Part shown: positions 11,652-25,751 of the stretch, piece after piece
How the letters are laid out: every line of letters begins with the position of its first letter
Numbering within the stretch: the first letter of the stretch is position 1
NCBI RefSeq assembly: GCF_009914755.1
Contig: NC_060925.1
Reading direction: 5' to 3' (one strand)
Length of the DNA stretch: 64,000 bases
Origin: the human T2T-CHM13v2.0 reference genome, Homo sapiens
The notes under the pieces: generated by a model
The model's input: only the letters and a program-made list of their open reading frames with translations
Database searches by the model: none
Told to the model about the DNA's origin: nothing
Translations under genes and position numbers: made by a program

Positions 11652-13836
11652 TCCATGTTTGCTTTCAACACACACACAAAATAAAATATATTTTTTGTTT
11701 AAAGTTAAAAAAGAAATATTAAAAGTGTAGCTTGAAAATAGTACCAAACTGTACTACTCCCTAAGCCAGTGTTTAATTATCACTTTGAAAAGTAAAGATA
11801 ATTAATTTGATTATGAGAATATATCATGATTACTTCCTGACACTCAATATTAAAAACAAATAGTTCACACTGAAGACCTTTTAACTCAACTATCACAAGT
11901 AAATATTCCTCAGTTTTTATATTTTCAATCTTTCCAAAAACTTTTTAAAACTTACATTTTCTTAATGATTCCAGTTAATGTATGGATTCCTTGAAGTGTT
12001 ACCTTTTTGGGTGTCATTTGAAAGCATTTTTCTATCTAAACAAACATTTTCCATTAACTTCAGAAAAAATAACACACTTATTTTTAGTAAATACTCTACA
12101 CTTCTGTAGTAATATAGTTAAATCTTTTGACTTACAAATGCAAAATAAAATCTTTATAACACCAATCAGAAAAGAGCACTAGTTCCATTACTATGAAGTT
12201 TCCATACAGCCCAATTATAAGGAACAGTGAAAAACAATAGTAACAAAATTACTCTTAAATGGGTGCTATTGAGTAGCAAAAATGTACATTTCATAAGTAG
12301 AAGATGGTCGTTAACCAAAAATAATTTTGTCAGATTCTTTCAGTTCAGTGTTCTCTCTCCTTGAGACTTCATGCTCTCTTATTATACTTTCGCATTACTA
12401 ATACCTATCAGAAAGTAAAGTGTATGTGTGAAAAAGTCCTAGTGGAAACTTTTTACACTCTCAAAGAACTGTTAAAGAAAAAAAACAGAATTTATGCCTC
12501 CTAGATTTATGTCTCTATGAATTAGTCCTTTCAGACTTTCAGTCTACTCCTCCATTATAATAAATACTGTGTCTTTATTGTATTTGTCTTTTGCTCTACA
12601 TTCAAATGGAAAAACATAGACCAAGTTTAAACAATAGTCTTAAACTCTGAACTCAAGTATCCAAGGAGCCAATCTAAAGCATGAAATCAGGTCTTTGGAC
12701 TATAATTGTCCAAAGTTAATGCAGTGGCAATTATCAATGGTTTCTTAACCTCTAGGACAATATGATAGATTAGAATTTTCCATAAGTAAAATCTTTACAC
12801 TAACTGTCCATAATGGAGGGCATGAGTTACAAAAAGAAAGAAATAAATTCATTAATTAAACTTTCTAAAAGTAGATCTTAAAAATGTATAATCTTAGGTG
12901 ATCAGGCATTTCGTGAACATCTACTCAAATATGCTAAAATAATTTAAGTTGTTCATTTTTCTCCAAAAGTCAGAGTTGTTGGTCTTGTCAAGGATTAATC
13001 AACACTATGTCTGCTTTGTGAACAAGCAACACTAATCTTTGATCCAGACATTTAGGCAACCGTTCACATGGTCCCAAGAAGAAATAAGAGTGTTATTTTG
13101 GTTTCTGTATGTAACAATTTTAAGAGAGGAAAGCCACAAAATTCAACTGATTATATACAGATTATTTGCAGATAACATGTCGGCTCCACGGAATAAAAAT
13201 GCAAAATTTTTCCTCACAAATTGATCACCACGGACTGACTTTTTCTCACTGCTAGAACGTGGTCTTGCTTTTTCCTTTTTGATGTCTCTTCCATTATCTC
13301 TTCTCTGTCATTTCTTCAAGCCCGAGTTCTTGTTTGTGCAAGTAATTGAGTTACTAAAGCCTTTGTCTTTTATTGTAAAGCACACGGCATTTTCAGCATG
13401 TATCATTAACTACACAATTGTCATGCTACCTTATTTATTTTATCAAGACCCACAGTGATTTTCATCTTTAATTACTGTATATATATATTTTATTCAGAAA
13501 AACTTTTTATCATATAATTTAAGCCATTCTTCAGAAATATTTTTTATACTTTACTGTACTCCAGGAGAAACAGAAGATGTGATTCTAATACTAACTGGCT
13601 CAGTTTTCTGAGTGGTTGTGCAGAACATTAAACAGCATTAGAAAATGTATGAGACTCTGGACATCAGTATAGTAAAAACCACATGTGATATTTATAATTT
13701 ATATATCATTTAAATGATGTTTCACCTGAATTGTTGGTTGTGAAGCATTTCCTGGAAAAAAAATGCAAACATATTTTATCCCCTAAACTTATATACATAT
13801 TTAGTTGCTTATTAGGCTACCAATTCATTGATAAGG

Positions 13837-14712
13837 TTTTATTTTTTATTTATTTTTCTTTATTTTTTATTGTTTTTTATTTTACTCTAAGTTCCGGGAT
13901 ACATGTGCAGAACGCACAGGTTTGTTACATAGGTATACATGTGTCATCGTGGTTTGCTGACCTACCAACATCATCTAGGTTTTAAGCCCCACATGCCTTA
14001 GGTATTTGTCCTAATGCTCTCCTTCCCCTTGCCCCACAACCCCTGACAGGCCACGGCATGTGATGTTCCCCTCCCTGTGTCCATGTATTCTCACTGCTCA
14101 CCTTCCGCTTATGAGTGAGAATATGCAGTGTTCGGTTTTCTGTTCCCGTGTTAGTTTGCTGAGGATGATGGCTTCCAGCTTCATCCATATCCCTGCAAAG
14201 GACGTGAACTCCTTTTTTTATGTATGGCTGCGTAGTATTCCATGGTGTATATGTGCCACATTTTCTTTATCCAGTCTATCCCATTGATGGGAATTTGGAT
14301 TGCTTCCAAGTCTTTGCTATTGTAAATAATACTGAAATAAACATACATTTGCATGTGCCTTTATAGCAGAATGATTTATAATCCTTTGGGTATATATGTA
14401 GTAATGGGATTTCTGGGCCAAATTGTTTTTCTGGTTCTAGATCCTTGAGGAATTGCCACACTGTCTTCCACAATGGTTGAACTAATTTACAGTTCCACCA
14501 ACAGTGTAAAAATGTTCCTATTTCTCCACAGCCTCGCCAGCATCTGTTTTTTCCTGACTTTTAATAATTGCCTTTCTGAATTGTGTGAGACGGTATCTTA
14601 TTGTGGTTTTGATTTGCATTTCTTTAATGACCAGTGATAATGAGCTTTTTTTCTTACGTTTCTTGGCTGCATAAATGTCTTCTTTTGAGAAGTGTCTGTT
14701 GATATCCTTTGC
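13837..14712 (-). mobile_element. L1PA (about PA7-PA8) 3' end, 5'-truncated
   Basis: T-rich tail then gggatacatgtgcagaacg...; ORF 14276-14473 (WKTVWQFLKDLEPE..YPKDYKSFCYKGTC) is the ORF2p C-terminus. Confidence 0.93.
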
Positions 14713-15005
14713 GGCTTTGATAAAGATAGACTGTATTGCTCCTAAGAGAAAAGCACCTGCTTGTGCTTAATATATAAAGAGTAACATCTGTTGTGCTCAC
14801 ACTTGTTTATCAGAATGTTAAAGGCAGTAGTAAGAGTGATGTAACCCTAGATTAATAAAAGGTAGGTCATTGTTTAAAACACCCAGTTGGCATAAAAGTA
14901 CAGCCTGCCTCACCATCATTAAGAACCATGATGTCAGTCTCTCTGTACTTCCCTGGAGGGCACCAAGCTGACTGTGGCCCAACTCACCTATGTCATAAGT
15001 CATAC

Positions 15006-15369
15006 TGTATTAGTCTGTTTTCACTCTGCTAATAAAGACGTACCCGAAACTGGGTCATTTATAAAGGAGAAAGGTGTAATTGACTCACAGTTCCACATGG
15101 CTGGGGAGGCCTCACAATTATGGCAGAAGATGAAGGAAGAGCAAAGGAAAGTCTTATATGGCAGCAGGAAAAAGTGCTTGTGTAGGGGAACTCTCCCTTA
15201 TAAAACCATCAGATCTCATGAGACTTATTCAGTATCACAAGAACAGCACAGGAAAGACCCGCACACATGATTCAAATACCTCTCACCAGGTCCCTCCCAC
15301 AACATGTGAGAATGATGGGAGCTACAATTAAAGATGAGATTTGGGTTAGGACACAGTCAAACCATATCA
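15006..15369 (-). mobile_element. THE1 (B/C-like) solo LTR
   Basis: tgtattagtctgttttcactctgct ... acacagtcaaaccatatca termini. Confidence 0.9.
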
Positions 15370-15974
15370 CACCTTAACCTCATTAGCCTCTTCGGGATGA
15401 AGCATTTTCATGAGCAAAATATCATTTTTATGCACAGGCCAGGAGTAAAGAGCAAACAAAGACATTGCACTGACTATCAAAATATGAAAAAAAAGCAGTG
15501 GCTGCCTTCCCTACATTGGCTGGTAAAGTCACTTATTGGCTCTCAAGTTACTTAAGGAGCCATGTTAATTAAGTGCATGGTCCCTTAACTATTCAGTTAA
15601 TGAAATTATTTGAATAGCAACGCGAATAAAAATGTGTGTTTCATAAGCAATAAATGATTTGTAGTTATCCTGGTTGCTTTTTTATTTGGCATTCTTGAAT
15701 AAGGTCTTTGTTCCCTCTGAAACAAAGCTTAAATTCAAAGAGTTAATACAAATATACTGAGAGTTGTTTAAAACATAATTCTGAGCCTGACCTGGTAGCA
15801 GTGATCAAGGAACTGAACTATTCCTGCTACTGCTCCCTACTTCTGCCATTTTAGATCTTAATGGTCTATTTGCATTGGATTCAGATTTCTGGGGCAGGAC
15901 TCTGACTAAAATGTTCTGCCCTCCAGTTTGAAATAATCAACAAATTCTAGATTTTCTTTTTGTCGTCTAATATG

Positions 15975-17542
15975 GGCAGAAAGGGTCCTTAATGGGTTTC
16001 TCTAAAGGAAAAACCAAACTGCTTCTCTCTCCTTTTCCATTCACAACACAGAATGCTTCTGTGATCCTAGATATATGGGGCTATTTCCGCCACACTAAGC
16101 AGTCAATCAATTCTGCAGTGGACACCAGCTTAGTGACCTCTAATTCAATTCAGTTTTGACGCTATCTACCTGTAAAGAGAATCAGATCCTCTAGGTTGAG
16201 GGCTTAGTCCCACAAGACTGCTCTTACTTCAGACAACAATCCTAAGGCTGTCACCTACACTTCTGACTGATCAACTATTAATTGGGGTTCCCACTACCCC
16301 CTCCTGATGAATTTGCAAGAGTGGCTCACAGAAATCAGCGAAACACTTAGCTTTCATTTGCTGGTTTACTATATGGAAACATTACAAAGAATATAGGTAA
16401 AGAGATGCATAGGGTGAGTTTATGTGGGAAGGAGCATGAAGCTTTCATGCCCTCTCTGTGGAGACACACTCTAGGAATCTCTGTATGTTTATCTTTCCAT
16501 CTAAACTCAGTCCTTTTCGATTTTTATGGAAGCTTCATTCCATAGGCATGATTGACTAAATCATTGGCCTTTACCATCAACTTGACCTTCAGCACTAATC
16601 CCCTTCCTGGAAGTTGGGAGAATGGGCTGAAAGTTCCCAACTTCTAATTATGTCTTGGATAAACCTGGAAGACGTTATGCTAAGTGAAATAATCCAGGCA
16701 CAGCAAGACAAATACCAAGCGATCTTACTCATATGTGGAATCTAAAAATGTTGTTTTCATAGAGTAAAGCAGTCTTTACCAGAGGCTTGGAAGGATAGTG
16801 GAGTGGAGTGAATGGGGAAAGATTGGCCAATGAGTAAAAAGTTACAATTAGACAAAGAGCTTAAGTTCTAGTGTTCCATTGCACAGTAGGGTGATTATAA
16901 TGAACAATAATACATTGTACATTTCAAAATCGATAGAGGAGAGAATATTGACTTTTCTCACCAAAAGAAATGATAAATGTTTCAGGTTATAGATACACTA
17001 ATTACCTTAATTTGATTATTATACATTGTATACATGCACTGAGACATCACGCTGTACTCCCCAAAATAAGTACAATTATTATGTGTCAAATATGAAATAA
17101 AAAGAACAAAATTTGAGGCATCACACGTCCTGATTTTAAAATATAAAAGTAATAAAAATGTATGATACTGGCATAAAAATAGACATATAGACCAATGGAT
17201 AGAATACAGATTCCAGAGATAATCGCATATATATATATTAAACTGAGAAGAAAAGACAGTCTCTTCAATAAATAATGCTGGGAAAACTGGATATCTGCAT
17301 GCAAAATCATGAAATTGGATTCTTATGTTACCTCATATACAGGTTAACTCAAAATAGATTGTAGACTTAAACATAAGACATAAAACTCCTGTGACCAGTC
17401 TCCATCCTGAAGCTACCTTGGGGCTGCCAGCCATTAGTCAAATCATTAAATACAAAAAGACATCACTTTGGATATTCCAAGGATTGTAGGAGTTGTATGT
17501 CAGGAAATAGGGAAAACCAAATATATATTTCACAATATTATA
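15975..17542 (-). mobile_element. MER21-like ERV LTR interrupted by L1 at ~16659-17388
   Basis: Reverse complement of the right end reads taatattgtgaaatatatatttgg...tcctgacatacaactcct, like the MER21 5' end. Internal gacaccagc...aattcaattcag...agtcccacaagactg. Confidence 0.75.
16659..17388 (+). mobile_element. L1MA-type insert: 3' end (16659-~17103) followed by an upstream ORF2 piece (~17100-17388)
   Basis: aacctggaagacgttatgctaagtgaaata...tacaattattatgtgtcaa (3'UTR), then aagaacaaaa...gcatcacacgtcctgattt...gacttaaacataagac (ORF2). Confidence 0.85.
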
Positions 17543-18461
17543 GATTCAAGTACAAAAGGGGAATATGTTTTCTTATGTATCTTGGAAGAATTAACTCTGG
17601 GAGGAGGGAGAGTTACATTCAAAGGGAAAGAGAGATGTTAATGACAAACTTCAGGACTTTAAATTGCATAAAGCCAATATTGTATATTACAGCATGTAAG
17701 TCAATAACATCAACAAGAAATTATAAGAATAGCTTGTACTTGAAAAAGTTGCATGATCCATATTAAGTAATTTAGACTCACTAAGGGAATAAGAATTATA
17801 ATAAATGTTATTTGTGGTTTTCAGTATTTTGATGATTTTTATAACTACTTCACTTTATTTTTATTTCTATATTCTCAAAATTTTATTAACTTTTCATATA
17901 TACAATAACATAGTAGTGATGGAATATTATCCTGGATTTTCCATATATTCAGATTTTCACACATTTTAGATTGAACCATGGGAAACTACCATTTTTTGAG
18001 AGATAATTTTATTGTTCAACTTATATCATACATGTACACATTTGAATTTTGAAGTCACCGTCATATGCTCAAAAAGTGGTTATCCTTTTATTCCAACTTT
18101 GCCAAGACTACATATGATTCTATAGAGAAACTAACACCATATCTTTCCTGTTTTCTATAAGCTATGAATACTGTGGCACTGAAATTTATGTAGTTGCAGA
18201 GCTTGGCTGACACTGTGGAAAAGTAGAACTTACAGGCTGCCTACTTATGTTGTTTTCAAGACATTTAACACCACTGATTTATTAAAACAGCCAGGATAAT
18301 TTCTAAATAAACACATTTTATCTCAAAGTACTACAGAGCCAGCAGCCAAAATCTATCTTTGAATATAAAATTTGAGTGCTAAAAATTTGCTATGATATTT
18401 AACCCAAATTGAAACAATGAACTTACGTCCCGGTTTGTTAGGTTAGACTTAATTTAAATAG

Positions 18462-18545
18462 ACACACACAGGCACACACACACACACACACCCACACCCA
18501 CACAGAGAAAGAGAGAGAATGAAAGAGAAAGAGAGAGATAGAGAC
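18462..18545. repeat. Compound (CA)n/(GA)n microsatellite
   Basis: acacacacaggcacacacacacacacaca...gagagagaatgaaagagaaagagagagata. Confidence 0.9.
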
Positions 18546-19699
18546 TGTATAAGAAGATCTCTGCTGGAATATTATTAAAACAAACAAAAGTAAATTATCG
18601 TCAGTTTTATCTATGTTGGCAGTAAAGGTGACATAACATTGTGCATAATGAAGAAATATATATATATTACTGTAGTTCACAAATACAAATTTTATGAATA
18701 AAATTATGTCTCATAGAAAATTAGCTTCTCTGAAAGGTCATTTAAACCTCTAATAATGTGACCATGTTATCAGGAATTGTCTTATTGAGGACAAAAAGTA
18801 TCCCATATTATAGTGAAAGTTATAGTAAAACCAAATATTGCTATATACTAAAACTAAATCCATAGATTTGAAAATACATTTATATCAGAGTTTTCCCATA
18901 TTTTATACTAATAATGCAGAGGTAGAAATTGTAAGGAATGATTTTTGTGACACAGTAAGTATAACTGCAAAAATGTATTTAAAAAGACAAATAATAATAT
19001 TTAACATTTCAGATAACAAATGGTTTTATTAAAATCACATTGTTGTTAGATAAAATAAGTAGGCTTACAGAAAGCTGAGCTTATGAAAGGCAGCAAAATG
19101 TACTGATAAAGATAATGCTAGTGTCTGCTTGCTAGGAAGGATATGGGCCAGGAAAAGTGTCATGTGAACTAGTCTGCTGAATTTGAGATTACACTACAAT
19201 ATTTCCAGGTATTTTATTTGGAGCCCTTGGGAAAAGTTACAATTCATCCAAAATGACAAGACCTGATGAAGAAGGGAGCATTTTTGTTATTTAACCTCTA
19301 TAGGTAACCAGTTAACATTAACAGTAATAAAGAACAGTAAAAACAATGTGACCTAGAATCAAATACTTCTATCTCATTACACTTCATTTGCCTTCCTGTT
19401 TTCTGCTCATACCTTCCTGACCTTTAAACTCAGTTTTAAACTTTATTTCCCAAGATTCACTCAAATCCATCCCTACCTCCTAATTTAGAAGTTTCATGGT
19501 ATATGAAATACCTATTAGCTAAAAATTCAATGTACTAGCACAATGAACTATAATCTTTTAGGGTGAGATGAAAGGCTGGATATAATAAATTATTGAATAT
19601 AATATTACATAAATTATATCATATAGTCTTTACAACAACACTCTGAAATATGTGTTCTTTTATAAATGAGAAATATACAACTCAGAGTTTACTTTTATA

Positions 19700-20465
19700 A
19701 TGTACATCAAATTCATCATCGAATTATCTCTGTTCTATCATTAACATATATCAAGAACCATAGCACCTCTCTGTTATAACTAGCTTGGCCAAAGATACCA
19801 CTGTTGCTCACCTAGAGTGTTGCAATGTTCTGCTCTTTCAAATCCTGCCCCTGCCCCGTATAGTCTATTATCCACATAACAGAGTATTCGAAAATATATT
19901 CAGATATGTTACAATTTAATTCAAAATCCTCAAATGCCTTTCTCTTTCAATTGGAGGAACAGATGAAAACCTTATTGTAGCGTACGAGGATCTATGTGAT
20001 TTTATCTCCTTTAACTTTTTGTTTTTTACCCCTCTAACCCTAGGTTATTCTATCCAAGATCATTGGCCTTTTTTTCTTTTCCTCGAATAAGCCTCTTTCA
20101 GGTTCAGTCTTTGCAAGTGGTTTCCCTCTGCATGGGTAGTTATTTCCCTCAGATAACCATATGACATAGTACCTCATTTTTTACAAGTCTTTGATCAAAG
20201 GTTACCTGGCCAATAAGACATCACTAAACTCTCTTATAAAAAAATAAAGCCCCAATCCATTCTCTGGCTTTCCATATTCATTTTACCCTTTTTTTTCCTT
20301 CCTTAGCGGCTTTTATTATCAGTAGTACATTATATGTGTTTTTATTTGTTTATTATATGTCCATCTGACTAGACTGTAAACTCCATGAGAAATGAGACTA
20401 TTGAATTCGTTGTTATATCCCAGGTTCCTAGTATAGTAGGTATGCGATTAATCATTATTGAATTA
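19700..20465 (+). mobile_element. L2 3' portion
   Basis: tagactgtaaactccatgag...gttatatcccaggttcctagtatagtagg...attgaatt matches the L2 3' end. Confidence 0.7.
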
Positions 20466-20469
20466 ATCC

Positions 20470-20890
20470 ATCCCTTGCTACCTGTTCAGTCTAAGATAGT
20501 CATGATGATTTCATCTCCTATGAAAGGATTGTTTCAGGAACGGTTTTGTAACACAAATATAGCCAATGTTAAATAAAAAGAGATCCCTGGGGGATTCTGG
20601 GAAAGTTTTCCCATTCATCAGAAATTATTTCCCATTCCCATTTCTTGATGCCTTTATTCTTTCTTTGTGAAAGGAGACATCTGGACCTGCTCTGGTCATT
20701 ATTTTACAGGTCTTTATATGCCATGAGCATTTCTTCAAGTTAGAAAAGACCTGAAAGAATGTTTATGTCATTTTTGAGCTCCTAAATCAATAATTTTCAA
20801 GGATACTCTATCTCTGGGCTTCTAAGTTACATGAGATAACAAATTTGCCTACTTGTTAATCTTGAGTTAGAGCTCTCCTATTTGTGGCCA
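20470..20890. mobile_element. Old MaLR LTR (MLT1J/K-like)
   Basis: gggattctgggaaagttttc and terminal ttgagttagagctctcctatttgtggcc motifs. Very diverged. Confidence 0.45.
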
Positions 20891-20925
20891 AATTATTGCT
20901 CCTCTGTTATCAGAGGCAGAGTCTA

Positions 20926-21527
20926 TTTTCTTTTGTCTTTATTTTATTTTATTTATTTATATTTTTAATTTTAAGTTTAGAGGTACATGTGCAGGTGTGT
21001 TATATAGGTAAGCTTGTGTCATCAGGGTTTGTTGTACAGATTATTTCATCACCCAGGTATTAAGCCTAGTACCCATTAGTTATTTTTCCTTGATCCTCTC
21101 CCTCCTTCCACCCTCCACCCTCCGATAGGCCCCAATGTGTTTTTGTTCTCCTATACATGTTCATGTGTTGTCATCATTGAGCTTCCACTTATAAGTGAGA
21201 ACATGTGATACTTGGTTTTCGTGCCTGAGTTAGTTTGCTAAGAATAATGGCCACTAGCTCCATCCATGGCCCTGCAAAGGACATGATCTCGGCTTTTTTT
21301 TTTTTTTTTTTATGGCTGCACAGCACTCCATGGTGTATATGTACCACATTTTTTAAATCCAATCTATCTATCATTGATGGGCATTTAGGTTGATTCCATG
21401 TCTTTGCTATTGTGACTAGTGCTCCAGTGAATATATGTGTGCATGTGTCTTTATAATAGAATGGTTTATATTCCCTTGGGTACATACCCAGTAATGGATT
21501 TCTGGGTCAAATGGTATTTTTTGTCTT
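20926..21527 (-). mobile_element. L1PA13-16-like 3' end inserted in an MLT1 LTR
   Basis: ggtacatgtgcaggt...ttatttcatcacccaggtattaagcctagtaccc; ORF 21189-21485 (YPREYKPFYYKDTCT..AKTWNQPKCPS) is the ORF2p C-terminus. Confidence 0.92.
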
Positions 21528-21945
21528 AGCCCATGAATCAGAATTTGTTGCACAACTTGCTTCCTCCAGTGAGACATTACAATTGTGACAAAAGCAGGAG
21601 CTTACAAACCATTGGGGAGTTGAGGCTTTCATGCTTGCTACTTTTGGAACTCTATAACCAGTAAGTGAACCAATCCAAGCTAACCTATTTGATGATGAGA
21701 CCCCCTGGGATGAAGAGAGACACAATTGTTATCATTGAATTAGCTGACAACCAATTGCCAAATACGAGAATGTGAGTAAAGACATCAACTGCTAGCTTAC
21801 TGCTGATGCATGAATGAGACAAGTCAATCCCAGCAGAAGCACTGCTTAGCTGAACTAAACCCAAATCACAGGTATACAGAATTGTGACCTAAACAAGTGG
21901 GTGTTATTTATACCACTAAATTTTGGGGTAGAAATTAAATGCTAC
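21528..21945 (+). mobile_element. MLT1F/G-like LTR (its 5' part, cagaggcagagtctattttc, lies at ~20900-20930)
   Basis: gctgaactaaacccaaat...tgttattttataccactaaattttgggg are MLT1 3' motifs. Confidence 0.6.
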
Positions 21946-23489
21946 AGTATCTTAAGCAACATATACAGTGGCAAAGTAGAATTTATTTGTTTGCTTGAAC
22001 AATTATCCTTTCTACCCTAACAATTCTGATAGTATTCATGGTATCAATAGTTTTGTATTCCAAACTTCCATATCTAGATAACAATAAAGTTTAAAAAGGG
22101 GTAGATGGAGGTAATGAAAGAGACTGAAACATGTATGGTCCAGTTGGTTTTGTAGAGACAGAAAGACTATGTTCAGATCAGTAATACCACACTTAGAGTT
22201 CTCTTTCATAAATGCTACAAATTACAATAGTTCTAGTCTTCATTTTGTATTTACAAGGCACTTTTTCATTAATATCTTTCATATGACACATTAATACCAA
22301 TGGGTTCTGGACTGCTGCTTTTTAGGTTTGCTGTGCATAAAAACTTATATATTAGATGGCATCTGAAAAGAAAGCCGCCTATATGCTTAACCAGTTTTTC
22401 ATTTGGTAAGTTTGTTGTCCTGTAACAAAATTACAAAACTCAGTCTGGAATACATGGAATAATGCATGAGTGTCTCAGCAAACTGATCTTGTTTCTTCAG
22501 GCTGGGCTGATGTGCTGACTGATGAAAGTAAACCACAGACTTGCCTCTGCTACACCCAGCATAACCCTGACTCTCTTCTCTGGCTTGCTTTAGGCTCCCT
22601 GGTTTTCCAACTTGACTGTACATTTTTGACTCAGTTTTATAATTAGTTTGCTCAGCTTAATTCTTAGTTCTTAAGGTTTTGTCTTAGATGTAGAGTAACA
22701 TTTGTTTCGAACTTCAGAATATGTCAGAGAGAGTATCTGGCTTGAGTCAGAGCATATCACTGGTCAGGTTCTGTAGATATTTATTCTGAGGATATCTGGG
22801 CATTTAAACATTTCATCGAATACCGTATATTCTGTAGTTTCCAATAATGAACGAGTCATAGCAATAGTTCTCTAAACTTAATGAAAAATATTTAAGTAAA
22901 AGAACAAACTAATATACAAGTTTGGAGTGAATCAAAATGCCAACAATATAACAAAAATGTGATCGTTGTCTTCAGTTTTAATTATTGCTAGTTTTTTTCA
23001 TAGAAAAAAATTCATTTAATTATTTGAGTATTGTCTCACCTTTAAAATAAGAATAATAGTGGTATCTAAAGTGTATGTTCTTCTTTGGCACAAGTAAAAT
23101 ATATAGGCTTACATTGGAAATTGATTGAAATATCAAGGCATTCCTTAACTTAAAAAAAATTGTTGAATATGTATTTAGAATAATTTTAAATAGCCTTACT
23201 TAACCTATATGTAAAAAATAACATTCACTATGATAAACATAAAATTACATAGAACAATTTGTGTTTAAAAGTGACATTAAATTTTTCTTAACATGTTTGT
23301 CTTAGTAAGTCAATACCTTTATATGTTATTATCAGATCCATAAAATGTTGAATTTAGAGGTTCTTAAAAGAGATATTTTGTGATAATGCTGGCTTTCATG
23401 GAATAAAAATGTAATCCAAATAATTTATTTTAATAAGGTTCATTGCTTTTTTCAAATAAAACTTTGAAACTGTATCATTGATTCCAGCA

Positions 23490-25751
23490 TGGTTCCATTC
23501 TCATGCTGCTATAAGGACATGCCCGAGACTGAGTAATTTATAAAGGAAAGAGTTTTAATGCGCTTTCAGTTCCACATGGATGGGGAGGCCTCAGGAAACT
23601 TATAATCATGGTAGAAGGGAAAGCAAACATGTCCTTTTCACATTGCAGCAGGAGAGAGAAGTGAAGAGCAAAGGGGGAAAAGCCCCTTATAAAACCATCA
23701 GATTTTGTAAGAATGCACTCACTGTCACAAGAACAGCATGGGAGTAACCACCCCCATGATTCAATTACCTCCCACTGAGTTCCTTCCATGACACATGGGG
23801 ATTATGGTAACTGCAATTCAAGATGAGATTTGGGTGGGGACACAGCCAACCATATCATTCTGCCCCTGGTCCCTCTCAAATCTCATGTCCTCACATTTCA
23901 AAACACAAACATGCCTCTCCAACAGTCCCCTAAAGTCTTAGCTCATTCCAGCATTAACCCAAAAGTCCAACTCCAAAGTCTCATCTGAGATAAGGCAAGT
24001 CCCTTCAGCCTATGAGCCTGTAAAATCAAAAGCAAGTTACGTACTTCCCAGTACAATGAGAGTACAGGCAATGGGTAAATACACCTGTTCTAAATGGAAG
24101 AAATTGGCCAAAACCAAGGGCTTACAGGCCCCATTGAAGCCTGAAATCTAATAGGTCAGTCATTAAACCTTAGGGTTGCAAAATTATCTCCTTTGACTCC
24201 AAGTCTCACACCCAGGTCATCCTGATGCAAGAGGTGGGCTCCTATGGCTTTGGGCAGTTCTGCCCCTGTGGCTTTACAGTATACAACCCTCCTCCCAGCT
24301 GCTTTCACAGGCTGACATTGAGTGCCTGTGGCTTTTCCAGGCACATGGTGCAAGCTGCTGGTGGATCTACCCTTCTGGGGTCTGGAGGACGGTGACCCTA
24401 CTCTCACAGCTCGACTAGGCAGTGCCCCAGTCGGGACTCTGTGTGGCAGCTTCAACCCCACATTCCCCTTCTGTACTGCCCTAGCAAAGATTCTCCATGA
24501 GGGCTCTGTCCCTGCAGCAAACTTTCACCTGGACATCCAGGCATTTTCATACATCCTCTAAAATCTAAGCAGAGGTTCCCAAACTTCAATTCTTGACTCT
24601 TGTGCACTTGCAGGCCCAACACCTCATGTAAGCCACCAATGCTTGGGGCTTGCACCCCCTGAAACAATGGCACCAGCTGTACCTTGGCCCCTTTTAGCCC
24701 TCAGCTAGAGTGACTGGGACACAGGATACCATGACCCGAGACTGTACAGAGCAGAGGGACCCTGATCCTGTCCCATGAAACCATTATTCTCTCCTAGGCC
24801 TCCAGGCCTGTGATAGGAGGGGCTGCTGTCAAGGTGTCTGACATGCCCTGGGGACATTTTTTCCATTGTCTTGGTGATTATATTCAGTTCCTTGTTACTT
24901 ATACAAATTTCTGCAGCAGGCTTGAATTTATCCCCAGTAAATGATTTTTTTTCTATTGCATCATGAGGCTGCAAATTATCCAAACTTTTATGCTCTGCTT
25001 CCTCTAGAACTCTTTGCCATTTAGAAATTTCTTCCACCAGATATCCTAAATCATCTCTCTCAAGTTCAAAGTTTCAACTCTCTAAAACAGGGGCAAAATA
25101 CTGCCAGCCTCTTTGCTGAACTATAACAAGAGTCACCTTTCCTCCAGTTTCCAACAAGTTCCTCATCTTCATCTGAGACCACTTCAGCCTGGTGTTCATT
25201 GTCCATATCACTATCAACATTTTGGTCAAACCCATTCAAAGAGTCTCTAGGAAGTTCCAAACTTTCCCACATTTTTCTGTCTTCTTCTGAGCCCACCAAT
25301 CTGTTCCAACCTCTGCCAGTTACCCAGTTCCAAAGTTGCTTCACATTTTTGGGTATCCTTATAGCAGCACCCCACTCCCTTGGTACCAATTTACTGTATT
25401 AGTCCATTCTCACATGGCTATGAGGATATACTCAAGACTGAGTAATTTGTAAAGAAAAGAGGTTTAATTGACTCACAGTTCCACATGATTTGGAGGCCAC
25501 AGGAAACCTAATCATGGTGGAAGGGGAAGCAAATGTATCCTTCTTCACAATGCAGCAGAAGAGAGAAGTGCCGAGCAAAGGGGGAAATGCCCCTTATAAA
25601 ACTATCAGATTATGTGAGAACTCACAGCATAGGAGTAACCACCTCCATGATTCAATTACCTCCTGCCCCCTGTGTTCTCCCAGAACATGTGGGAATTATG
25701 GGAACTACAATTCAAGATTTGGGTGGGGAGGGACACAGCCAAACCACATCA
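23490..25751 (-). mobile_element. Complete THE1D/MSTA-type MaLR element: LTR 23490-23857, internal 23858-25394, LTR 25395-25751
   Basis: Two homologous LTRs ending in ca(t/c)atca, a canonical MaLR internal region (ttctgcccctgg...ggtaccaatttac), and a 5-bp TSD CAGCA at 23485-23489 and 25752-25756. Confidence 0.95.

Noticed and set aside
11407-11730. 107-aa ORF, and similar ones at 39566-39868, 51526-51762 and 59124-59332
   Set aside because: Alu-derived translations (LPRLECSG-type), a well-known artefact.
13826-14725. TSD for the L1PA element (ttgataag / ttgataaag)
   Set aside because: The match is too short and imperfect to call.
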